Origin: Curvularia clavata
Taxonomy: Eukaryota
Length of the DNA stretch: 64,000 bases
Assembly (NCBI GenBank): GCA_023920165.1
Contig: CP089274.1
Location: 2,728,001-2,792,000, forward strand
Direction of reading: 5' to 3'
Below the pieces are notes generated by a model. It ran no database searches, was not told where the DNA came from, and saw only the letters and a list, made by a program, of their open reading frames with translations. A program made the position numbers and the translations under genes. Shown one piece after another: positions 13,201-23,408 of this stretch; the stretch's first letter is position 1, and the number at the start of each line of letters is the position of its first letter.

Positions 13201-16200
13201 GTGGGGCAATCTCTGACTCGATGCTCAGTGTGGGGAAGTTGTTCATCAGTTTGGATATCACGCTTCCCATCTTCTTGTTGTGAACCATGTCTCCGATCTC
13301 GGCCGCATCCATATCCCTCAACGCCTGTATAGAGGGATATTTGTGGTCGAGAGCTCTCAGGACCGGCTGAGGAAGGTCGTACTGATGCAGAGGGTGTTGG
13401 AAAGACCAACATCGGTGCTCAATGGATTGGCAAAGACTCAAAAGTACCAAACATTGGTAACCCCAGCGCCTGTTAAGCGCTATCATGAACAATGCACGAG
13501 CGATACGTGCAGCATTTTGGGTAATGTAGTTGGTATCGGAGACGAGAGTAAAGTCTTCTAGGCGTGCCCTAGAAATGTGTGCTTGTAGCAAATAATTTGT
13601 TTTGCCGTGTGAGGTAGCGTACCCGTCTTTGACTTCGGTTATAACGTGACCCTGCTCTTTGAGTGCTGATAATTCCTTCTCTTCGCTCTCTCGTGATTGC
13701 ACCTGGTCGAATTCGCCACTCATGCTAACCATAGCTAGAGCATCTGCATCTGTACTGCGAGGTCGCATCATAGCGTTGAATATCTCGATACTGGACTGTT
13801 GTACATAGTATTGACTAGCGATGCGGCCAACGTCTTTGGCTCGCAAATCCTCAGTAGTCTCGTTGAAGATGATCATTTGGCTTCTCTGCAAAGTTCGTGC
13901 CGCGTCGATGATGAGTTTGCGCCTTCGTCCGACAAGTTGAGGGTCATCGCGTATTTCCGACCATTCGATACCGTACATCAGTGGGCTCTTTTGCATGCGC
14001 ACGAAGAGATACGAATACCCAAGCCAAGTAACAGCCTCAGAGACCGTAGTAACTGTCCCCAAAGATATCTCGGCATTGAGATTATCAATAAGTCGTGTAG
14101 AGAAACGTGACTCTATAGGCTGCTGCTCAGTCACAGCGCGCATGTAGTGGTCGAGCCTATCATGTGTGGTACAGATGAAACCGATACCACTGTCCTGGAA
14201 CTGGGGACGACCAGCACGTCCAAAGATTTGCAAAACATCAAGGATGCCAAGGTCCGTGAACTTGCCCTCTTGCGCATTGTAAACCTGAGTTCCTTTGATG
14301 AGGACTGCTGCAGCAGGCAAATTGACACCCCAGGCCAGTGTAGCCGTACAGCAGAGAACTTTAAGAACACCTTCCGCGAAGAGACGCTCGATCAGATTTC
14401 TGTCAGAGCGAGGCATGCCGGCATGGTGAGTACCCATGCCTTTGCCCAGCAACTCTCTTAATTCTCTGCCCTTTGATTGTTTCATGTCGCGCACAGCATT
14501 CTCGTACCGAGGATGATCTTGCGGGTCAAAGAGATCGGTGCATTGTTCTTCCATAGCCATCTCATACAGCCTTCTAGCTGTTTTTACGGTGTCCTTCCTC
14601 GAATGCACGAAAACCATGATTTGATGCCCAAGTTTGAGCATCTCGACAACCTTGTCAAATGCGACCTTCTCCAGATTCTCGCGTGACTTTGCAGTACCGG
14701 GCTTTCCCTTCGCGCCGATAAAATGTTGTTCCAGTGGGACTGGACGGAACGAGGCATCGAAGTAGAACAATCCGGCCATCTTGTTGACATGAAGGAAGTC
14801 GGCAACATCGACATAGTTGGGCAGTGTAGCAGAGAGACCAACGATCCGAATGAGTGATTGTGTACTTTCGACTTGTCGCTGGGTTCGCGCCACCAGGCTT
14901 TCAAGCACAGCGCCACGCTCGTCATGTAGCATGTGAACTTCGTCTATGATAAGCAGTCGAACCTTCTGAACAAGCTCAGTGTCACCAGTGCTCTTCCTTG
15001 TAACGACATCCCACTTCTCGGGAGTGGTGACGATGATTTGAGTGTCGAGAATTTCAGCCTTGGTCAGGTGCATATCACCCGTAAGTTCTCGCGCTTTGAT
15101 GCCCAACCATGCGAGACGCTTCCCAAGTTTCTCCGTGACTTCGGCAGCCAGTGCCTTCATAGGCGCTACGTAAATTATTTTGAAGTCTTCTTTCATAGCC
15201 ACGAAATCAGTTGCTTCAGGTTGGTCAATCGGGTTTGGTACGACATTCTTTGCCACGGTATTGAGAATTGTAAGCATTGCTGCATCCGTCTTACCAGCAC
15301 CAGTAGGAGCACATATAAGCATATTTTCGCTTGTCTTATATGCAACAGGATACACCAGACTTTGCATACGATTGAGGGTCTTATAGCCCTTGAAGGTGCG
15401 TTGACAAAGGCCGTCCAATTCTTGGATCTCGAGGAGTCGCCGACCCGCCCCGATAGTGCCTACAGGCACGGCTGGGATCTCGTACTCTTCGTATAGGTTG
15501 TTATCACGGTGGACCGTGTTTGGGGGCAACGCGTACTTCTTGCCATAAGCCGAGAGCTTGTTGCCTGCATCGTGAGCTTTGAACACATGAGGATATTGAG
15601 GCCCGGTGCGGTCCATGGCAGGTGCCAGTGAAGCATTCTTGTGCTCCCAATCTGCACGCCGCAGTGCGTCTTCACGCTCGGCACGAGTCTGCAAGCGGCT
15701 CATAACATCGTTGCCATGAGGACCTGCTGATTCGCGCAGAGATCGCAACAAGTCTTTGCGATGGGAAATGAGATCGGCTACAAGGTCAAGCTCTCCAAAT
15801 CCTACAATATCTGAGAGCATCATCTGCAATTCTTCATCTGTTCCGAGTAAGCGGGAGGCATTCCAAAGCTGTTTACCCCAAGACCAACCATTGCTATCGC
15901 TAGATAGAATAGCGGATATCTGCTCCTTCAGCATCTCTGCATCCAGACCAGAGCTACCGCGAGCAACCTCACCGCACTTTGCAGTCAGCCAGCGTGCGTC
16001 GTAGGTGTTACTCGAGGCAGGCACTTGCGCAAACTGTTCCGCGTGATCGCTACTGTATTCTTCTTCATATTCGTCATTGATGATGTCCCAGATGTCGTCT
16101 CCACTAGCAGTTCCGGAAAAGTCGCCATCGTCGTCAAAGCTGATATCATGACCATATGGGGGTGTTTTTTCACTTTCAGTGGCGGGCAGATTCAATTCGG

Positions 16201-16270
16201 CGATGGCTTTGCGCATAGCCTGAAGCTGTTCGAGCCACTGTACTTGAGCCTCTTCCATAGCGAGCGACAT
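10235..16270 (-). CDS. SLH1: Ski2-like tandem helicase Slh1/Rqt2 (ASCC3/Mug81 orthologue)
   Basis: Two helicase cassettes (APTGAGKT/DEVH and SPTGSGKT/DEIH; QIFGRAGRPQF, QMLGRAGRPQF), each followed by a Sec63-like region; ~2000 aa. One small in-frame intron is likely near 15.84-15.89 kb. Confidence 0.93.
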   Translation of the reverse strand: MSLAMEEAQVQWLEQLQAMRKAIAELNLPATESEKTPPYGHDISFDDDGDFSGTASGDDIWDIINDEYEEEYSSDHAEQFAQVPASSNTYDARWLTAKCGEVARGSSGLDAEMLKEQISAILSSDSNGWSWGKQLWNASRLLGTDEELQMMLSDIVGFGELDLVADLISHRKDLLRSLRESAGPHGNDVMSRLQTRAEREDALRRADWEHKNASLAPAMDRTGPQYPHVFKAHDAGNKLSAYGKKYALPPNTVHRDNNLYEEYEIPAVPVGTIGAGRRLLEIQELDGLCQRTFKGYKTLNRMQSLVYPVAYKTSENMLICAPTGAGKTDAAMLTILNTVAKNVVPNPIDQPEATDFVAMKEDFKIIYVAPMKALAAEVTEKLGKRLAWLGIKARELTGDMHLTKAEILDTQIIVTTPEKWDVVTRKSTGDTELVQKVRLLIIDEVHMLHDERGAVLESLVARTQRQVESTQSLIRIVGLSATLPNYVDVADFLHVNKMAGLFYFDASFRPVPLEQHFIGAKGKPGTAKSRENLEKVAFDKVVEMLKLGHQIMVFVHSRKDTVKTARRLYEMAMEEQCTDLFDPQDHPRYENAVRDMKQSKGRELRELLGKGMGTHHAGMPRSDRNLIERLFAEGVLKVLCCTATLAWGVNLPAAAVLIKGTQVYNAQEGKFTDLGILDVLQIFGRAGRPQFQDSGIGFICTTHDRLDHYMRAVTEQQPIESRFSTRLIDNLNAEISLGTVTTVSEAVTWLGYSYLFVRMQKSPLMYGIEWSEIRDDPQLVGRRRKLIIDAARTLQRSQMIIFNETTEDLRAKDVGRIASQYYVQQSSIEIFNAMMRPRSTDADALAMVSMSGEFDQVQSRESEEKELSALKEQGHVITEVKDGYATSHGKTNYLLQAHISRARLEDFTLVSDTNYITQNAARIARALFMIALNRRWGYQCLVLLSLCQSIEHRCWSFQHPLHQYDLPQPVLRALDHKYPSIQALRDMDAAEIGDMVHNKKMGSVISKLMNNFPTLSIESEIAPLNRDVLRIRLFLTPDFVWNDRHHGTSESFWIWVENSETSEIFHHEFFILSRKKLYDDHELDFTIPLSDPLPTQVYVRAVSDRWLGAETVHPISFQHLIRPDTESVYTDLLNLQPLPISALKNPLLEEVYGQRFQYFNPMQSQIFHCLYHTSANVLLGSPTGSGKTVAAELAMWWAFREKPGSKVVYIAPMKALVRERVQDWGKRLAGPMGLKLVELTGDNTPDTRTIRDADIIITTPEKWDGISRSWQTRGYVRQVSLVIIDEIHLLGSDRGPILEIIVSRMNYIASQKKDGSIRLLGMSTACANASDLGNWLGVKEGLFNFRHSVRPVPLEIFIDGFPEQRGFCPLMQSMNRPTFLAIKAHSPEKPVIVFVASRRQTRLTARDLINFCGMEDNPRRFLHMSEEDLALNLDRVHDESLREALSFGIGLHHAGLVESDRSLSEELFANNKIQILIATSTLAWGVNLPAHLVVVKGTQFFDAKTEAYKDMDLTDVLQMLGRAGRPQFDDSGIARIFTQDAKKEFYKHFLHTGFPVESSLHKVLDNHLGAEISAGTIATKQDALDYLTWTFFFRRLHKNPSFYGLEISAEEHNTIAAQSMANDYMVELVETSLQELNESSCAVVEPTGEVDSTPLGKIMSYYYLSHKTIRFLVQNVKRNATFAEALAWISHATEYDELPVRHNEDLINAELSKALPISADDFGLPMWDPHVKAFLLLQAHFSRIDLPISDYVGDQNSVLDQSIRIVQATIDVLTELGYLSSCQTVISILQAIKSARWPTDGPLSIFPGVDVDKEKKRLDHPKAKPKTLIEATSTAEADLERAGKFAGVPHGGLKRFIEPLSRLPRLELRLGQVNAVTLEFRATRQNLARMQHGGVRIYAPRYPKPQTEGFFAIMSYSSTDEIVALKRVNWPDLSRTGGAGRVKRGKEATGNAARSVLQTSVKVTLPPEAQGKMLDISVHSDSYPGMSWDIRSVEIPEAPAVDAYGKGKEQK

Positions 16271-16588
16271 GTGCAAAGCTGGTCCCAGCTAACGGTGGCT
16301 GATGGTATGGATTGAGGAGGGTAGTTGCCTCTGATTCACGGCTTGGCAAAATGATGAGGCTGTGGAGTAGTCGCCCGCGGCATGCCCCGCCCTCACGCAC
16401 TAGCGTCATGACATAAGCAGCGTCACCCTGTTACTTGGCCGTACAGCGCGCCGCAAGAGTCGCATCCCAGGCATCGCAGTTTGGGTACATCTTATCACTC
16501 AGCGCCAGAGACACTAAACCTTCTCTAGAAGACTCACTTATAACGCCGCACATCAGCCCTTGCCAACACCCCAAGAGAAGCCGCCACC

Positions 16589-17435
16589 ATGAAGCTCATC
16601 TACATCGGCGTGAGTGTCCCTTCACCGCTGCGAATAACTCTATCTGGTGCCTGACATAGTTCAGATTTTCAAGAAAGACACGAAATCTGCCCTCGAGCTG
16701 GTGGGTGAGGAAGACCTCACCTCATACAACTACTTCACGCGCAAAAGCATCGGCGAATTCGTATGTTAGCACCACCAAGGAGGCCAGACACACTCGGATG
16801 TGGCAGAAGCGCAATCGACGTATATGCTTACAGCATGACCCCAGACTACCTTTGCGGCCGGTACAATTGCTCAGAGAACACCGATAAATGAGGCCACAGA
16901 TGTTTTGGAGAACGGTAAGGTAGAGTGTTCCTCAAGGTTGCCTTCTCCTAACACTATGAACAGGTTACATGTTTCACACATATGCCCCCTTCGACCCTGT
17001 GTGCGGTGTTGTCATAACCGATGAAGACTACCCTAGCCTTGCTGCGCATCGTATGCTCCGAAAAGTCCTCGACGAGTTCAACTCCAAATACCCACGGTCC
17101 GCCTATAACGGCTTCGTAGCAGGCAACCCCAAACTGTCATTTCCAGAGCTCAAGGATTACATCAAGAAATACCAGGATCCTGAGAATGCAGACAGCACAA
17201 TGAAGATTCAGAAGGAGCTTGATGAAACAAAGATCGTACTCCACAAGACTATCGAGAGTGTGTTGGAGCGGGGAGTGAAAATCGACGACCTCGTCCAGAA
17301 AAGTGAGGGGCTCAGTGCACAGAGCAAGATGTTTTACACGCAGGTACGCTGCTGGTCAATCCCCGAAGTCAAAGAAGATGGCGCTGACATTGATCCCAGG
17401 CTAAGAAACAAAATTCATGCTGCACCGTTATGTGA
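16589..17435 (+). CDS. YKT6: R-SNARE Ykt6 (longin + synaptobrevin domain, CCAAX prenylation tail)
   Basis: Starts MKLIYIG over several small exons; KIQKELDETKIVLHKTIESVLERG..DDLV..S..LS.QSKMFYTQ; the last exon gives AKKQNSCCTVM*. Confidence 0.95.
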
Positions 17436-17689
17436 GCATCGGTTTGCCTTGAATATTTTTGCATCTTCTCGCGCATTGTTTCCTGGATTCTATAGTCGAC
17501 ACAAGTTACTCTTTATACCCATTACCTTTCGGATGCTTCTGCTTTACAATGACTATGTTCTGCTAACATATCTTGACCCGCCACCATGTTCATTTGCTAG
17601 GCAAGTGACCATCATCGTTGACGCTTCGTGATGGTATAATCTTCAAGATCAAACTTATGGGAGGCATGAATAGCAATGCCCCTGCAGTA

Positions 17690-20600
17690 TTAATTAAAAA
17701 CCTCGGCTACATAACGTCGACGGTCCAGGCTCCTGAACCACTCTGTTGAACTTTCCAGATTATCTTTTCCAGCGTCTTTCCGCGCGATTTTGATGAATAC
17801 ATCCTTCACCGCTTCGGACATTCTACTCCCACCACACACAAACACGGAGGCACCTTGCTCCCATAGTTCCAGAAATTCCTTTTTCTCAGCCCAAACCCTG
17901 TCCTGAACGTATTTGCATCCACCCGCATCTATTGCCTCTAGCGTTTTACTGTAGGCGCGTCTTACGCGTACAATGCCCAAATTCTCAAGGTCGTCGAGCT
18001 CTTTCCTGTAGAGGTCATCATCCTGGCCACGACAACCAAAGAACAAGAGAGCCGGTGCTAAAGTTTTGCCTGCCTTCTGCTGTAATGCGCGTTCTTGTAA
18101 AAAGCCACGGAAAGGCGCCAGGCCTGATCCAGACGCAATCATGATGATGGGGTAAGCTCCTGGGTCTTGAGGCAGATGAAACGCAGGGTTCGAACGTCGC
18201 ACTGAAACGCGCACCACAGCACCTGGCGAAAGATCATTGAGATGGTTAGATGCGACTCCGAGGAAAGAGCCGTGTCCCGTCCATGACGGACCGTTCACGA
18301 CTGACCATGTCAGTGTAGCGTGAGACGGATTCCAGCCTGGAGCTGATGATATGGAGTACGTTCGAGGACGGAGGGGCGGTAGCATCTCCAGAAATGTTTC
18401 CACGGATAGTGGGATAGAGTCATAGACTTCCAGCAAGTCAAGGACCGACTGTTGTTTGCCACCCTTGTTACTCAACTCCTCATCTGCCAGTTTAAGCAAT
18501 GACTGTTTAGCGGATTCATCAGTTGCAGCAGCAGCGAGCTTTTTGATGTTCTAGATATTGTTAGTTAGTTTCTCTTGAGTATCAATGTCCCGGACCAACA
18601 ACTCACTCTGGATGAAGCAGGTTGGGAAAGCTCGACGTATGCGCCAAAAAGGTCTGCAACCGAAATTGGTGTTGATGTAGGAAGCTGCGTAGCCCCTGTC
18701 GACTCGATGATCAGAACGTTGTCCCAAGCTAAATGAAAACGAGCCAGAGCGCGCTGTACGTTAGACAAGGGGTTCAATGGTAGAACTGCTAAGTAGTCGC
18801 CAGCTCTATACGATACGTCCTGAGGCAATCTCAATTCAATGTGGGACTTTCGAGCCGGGAAAACGGGAGGGGTGAGCTCAAAGCGTTCCGTGACAGTAGC
18901 TTCTATGAACTCTTTGCGCTGGGTGTACGGTTGCTGGAAGGAAATCCTGAGTCCAGATTCCAACGGCGTAGAAGATTCTGATGACAGTGGGGAAAGACCA
19001 AGTTGAGGCCACAATGTCTCCTCCTCCCAGTTTTCGAATACCGAGAACGGATCGCTTGTGGCAACGTTGACAGCTCCACGAGGCGCAACTCTATTTCCTC
19101 CTCGCTGCTCTAAAACTTCGTCGATCAGAGTGGGGATCTTGTGAAACGTTGCAGGCCAATCTTGGTGCCCTAAATCAAGTCAGCTATATATTCTCTTCTG
19201 GTTTGATCCAACGTACCACATCCAAAAACGGCATACGACACCCCTTCTAACGGCCTTCCAGTAAGCGAATTGAGCCAGTCCATGAACTCTGTTGCATTAT
19301 CCGTAGGCTGGCCATCGTATGTCGCTGTAATGATGACAACTAGCCCACTTGAGGGGAAGTCATCTTTGGCTGAATCTAAAGTGCGTATTGGATGCACTTC
19401 GAATCCACATTTTGCGCAGTCGTTCGCGAGAACATTCGACAAAGCCTCACAAGTACCGCTGTTTGATCCATAGAATATGGAGACGCTCTTGTACTTTCCT
19501 TGAATCGTGATGGCCTTCTTCATCAACGGTTTTTTCTTCTCTGTCCTGGTGATAGCTTGATTTGTCGAGAGATCAGACTCGGTCCACAACTGCGGGGCTC
19601 TTCTGGATTGTCTCAGTGTTGCATAGATCTTGAAGTCTTGAGGTTTGATAGTCAATGACTCCTTGACTCGAAGATCGTAAGACGGATCAGCAGGCGAAAA
19701 ATCAAATCTTTGGAGCAGTGCAGCTATAACCTGAGGCGAGTCAATAGTGCTATAATATGACGATAGAACGAGAGACAAGACTGACCAGCAATGCCTCCTG
19801 CCAAGCAAACGCTCGCCCAATACACGCTCGCTTCCCATTTCCAAAGGGCTTCCATGAGTTTGGAGGCAATTTCTTGAATTCTTCATCCAGCATCCTCTCT
19901 GGCTTCCACTCATTGGCATCGGGCCCGTAGACTGTGGTATCGCAATGTACGGCCTGGAGGAGAACATTGAGAGGCTCTCCTTTTTTGACAGCGAATTTCC
20001 CGCCTATCACGTCGTCTTTCAATGCACCTACCGTGAAAGCCGGTGCAGTCGGCATAAGCCTGAGTGTCTCTCTAAGCATCGCGTTTACGTACTTCAGCTG
20101 GGGTAAATGATCGACGGTCAGCTTTTCCATGCCAACAATGTCATCGACTTCTTGCTGAGCTCTCGCCAATGCTGAAGGATATTTGAGCATGTAGTAGAAA
20201 ACGAATGATAGTAGGCCTGACGTAGTCTCGTGGCCAGCGACGAGAAAAGTAATCAGGTTGTCCACGATGGATGTGTCGCTCAACTTTGATCCTGTCTTGG
20301 GATCCGTTTGGTTGATCAGAGTGTCCAGAAGATCATTGCCGTCTGTTGGGTTCTGACGTCGCTGTTCTACCAGCTCTTGACTCAGCTGTCTCATTACTTT
20401 GATGGCGTGTTTGTTCTTTTTTTTCGCGCCCAAACGTAGATTGTTGAATATCTCAGGCAACCCAGATCGCTTGTCAGCTTCATGCAGCCATTGGTTCATG
20501 CTATCAACGAAGGGATGCAATGATTGGTCTCGATAAAAGCTGTTGAATCGGTGGTTCATTGCGCAAAGAGCAATTGTGTCCAACGTAAGGCGTGTGAAAT

Positions 20601-21200
20601 CCTCGGTGATTTCGATGGGATAGTTGGGGCCATATCGACTCCTTCTCTAGCCATTAGCGATTAGCTATATAGATCTGATCAATACTTACCATTTCAGGCA
20701 CAGTTGTTGCGCGATATCAGTCATCTGGTCGAACATCCCTTTGATCTTTATTGGCCCAAAAACTGGCATCAATATTCTGTGCGCAACGTCCCAGTTTTGC
20801 TCGCCTTCATGGGCTGTGAAAAGGCCATCATGTACTCCCGATCTTAGCAGTTCGACTCCTGAGGTGACAATCTTGCAGAAGCGTCTTTCATCACATATTT
20901 CATTCAAGAGTTGCACGTCACCAATAAATATTTGCTTCTGTCCCGCGATGGTTATTTGAAAGATAGGCCCTACACCCGTTTCATCAATCGCTTGCTTGTT
21001 CATAATCTCTTAATGCTACTACGTACCGTATTTTTGAGACATATGAACCAATGATTTCAGAGCAGCTTCAGGTTCAAGGTCGAGAATATTACCGACAATA
21101 GGAAGGGCTGGCGTTTCGGTCAGTACTATTTCACAAGGGCAGCAAGATCAAACACACCACTTGGCCCCGGGATGGGTTGTAAGAGAGTTTTCGATGGCAT
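17690..21200 (-). CDS. Self-sufficient cytochrome P450/NADPH-P450 reductase fusion (CYP505 family, P450foxy-like)
   Basis: Multi-exon. P450 motifs AGHETT, ETLR, PERM and heme [10 protein letters not shown]; flavodoxin YGSNSGT and TATYDG; FAD/NADPH motifs [26 protein letters not shown]. Confidence 0.93.
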
Positions 21201-22094
21201 GCTGGCCAACGGTTGTGAGGGTTATTCTTGATGATATTGTGGGCCGCGATAGGTGTCTGCTTTTGAGACGAAGGATAAGTTGCATGAGCTTTGTGATAGA
21301 TGATCTTTCGTACACTACTTTTTATAGATAACAACTAGTGTAATTTAACCCTTTTGATAGCCTAGCATTAATCTGGGTATTCGTCGGCTTACGGGGCTGA
21401 GTTCTGAATGCTCTCGGGATTTCGGAGGTCTTGGCAAATCCGGCTTGACCGCATTGGTTTCACCACCCTGATTCACAAGTGCTAACGCAGTTCAAATTGA
21501 AGTTCTCTTGCTGCATTTGCAATTCAACCCTAATGCAGCTAGTCAGGCATTACGTGTTCACCTCCTTTTGCTCAACGCCCCTTGCGTGTACGTTGATAGC
21601 ATGACTTCAGACAAGTTGCACAACGAATTGTATCCCCGAGTGACTAGGCCTGTTTAACGTCCATTCGTCTGTTCCTGCAGATACGACTGAAACAGCACTA
21701 AAAAAAGCTTGCCGAGACATCCGGTAACAGTACGAGAAGATGATGGTCAATCATCTTCCTTGTATGTGAGAAGGCCCGCGGTAGCAACGAAGATAAATAG
21801 CTCAGCTTGCCCAAGCTTCAAGTTCAACACACTGTGCATTTTCGACCATCCATCACCGTTTCTTATCTCTGCATATCTAAGAAGCATCAATATAAAGAAT
21901 AAATACATCATTCAGACTTGGGAAGAATACTACCGAGTGTTCCTACTTGTATGATCGGTATTTGGCGCGTTTGCACTATCTGGAAGTTACAGGAATGATA
22001 TGTATGTAACTGGCTACTAGAATCCTTCGCAATCTAATCCACTGAACGTTGAAAGACTCATCATACCAAAGAAGACATAGGGTGCAACAATCGT

Positions 22095-23217
22095 ATGACA
22101 CATGATCCCAGTGTAACTTTGGATGCACACGAATTCAATTCTGCGATGGAATCTATTCCACGTCTGGAGTATTCACTGCGCACGCGCAAATTAAGAATTG
22201 GAATTTTCTGGGGTCTTATCTTCGTTGACTCTGTAGCATTACCTGTTCTCTTGTACTTTGTATTGTGGTATGGGACCGATCTGGATCATAACACTGGTAA
22301 GTACTAGCTCTTTTTCATCGTTGTGGTTTTGTACTGACGCTGTGAATGCAGTTTTCGCAATCGTAACAGCTCTTCTGGGTGGTACAGGAATCATGGAATA
22401 CTGTCAGCGGTTTTGGCGCCTTTGCCACAAAAATTCCACATGTCGAATTCTTGGTGCGAGCAGGTTCTCGGTGAGTGTGCTTTGAGTTGGGTACCTCCTT
22501 TGATACCCTTCCCACCTAACGGATCGATAGTGCGACTTTCTCCAGTGGAACCTGACAGTCATCTTCGCTGCAATCATAGCAGAGCTTGTTGTCGGCACCT
22601 TGCCTGCCGAACCTATGGTTCGCCTGTTAGCACTCCCGTTACCTACATTTCTAGCTATCTTCGGGCTGGAACTAAGCTTATTAGAGCTCGGTTACATATA
22701 TCGATTACCCAGTCCTTTTCGCATATCTTCCGTAACTCGAGGACAGACCATACGCCCATCCGTATATTTCATCGTAGAAGATATTGTCGCTGTAGATGGA
22801 GATGGAGGGACGGCCTTCAGGGCACGTCTCAATCAAAGGTACGAGGCAAGCCCGTACTTCAGGCAGATGCTTCACCGGTTGTCACTCTTTTGGGCACTAC
22901 CAGCAATAGTGGTGGCTGCAGCAACCGGATGTGTAGTATCTCTGGTGGATAGAGACATTGCTTATATTGTGAGTACTATTTACCTTCCACAACATCTTTT
23001 CTACCTAAATGCATGCAGCCCAAGCTCCATGCTCCTTCACCCACCCGATGAGCCCTACCATGTTTTGTCGCTAACGAGAAAATGAATCTATTAGTTAGGC
23101 TGGTTTGTGCCATTTACGTGGGCTGGCATATGGGCACTCGTTACGATTCGATGGGTTCAGCGAGACTTGGAAATCGAGCAGATCCTCTGGAATCAACACA
23201 GAGCCCCTTTTAGGTAA
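22095..23217 (+). CDS. Multi-pass integral membrane protein of unknown function
   Basis: Hydrophobic exons (LRIGIFWGLIFVDSVALP; EDIVAVDGDGGTAFR.RL..RYEASP.FR.ML; GWFVPFTWAG) separated by canonical introns. Start codon uncertain. Confidence 0.75.
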
Positions 23218-23408
23218 TGGAAATACAATTACAAAGGCAATTTATTTGGATATGCTTTCATAAACCTTGCCATGATGTGTGCTATCTATGATAGAAGACG
23301 TGATTGTACCGAAAAGTGAGCCGAACATGTATTTCTCGGAAGCGCATCTTGGAGTACAAAGCTGTGAGATGAGAGTCAGGTGAAAGAGACTATCATACTT
23401 ATGTATAC

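Noticed and set aside
10356..16315. Numerous antisense and alternate-frame ORFs inside SLH1 (likewise inside cns3, the MFS and mL50 genes)
   Set aside because: Shadow ORFs caused by codon bias on the coding strand; no motifs.
16271..16588. Short bidirectional SLH1/YKT6 promoter
   Set aside because: Ordinary compact arrangement of housekeeping genes.
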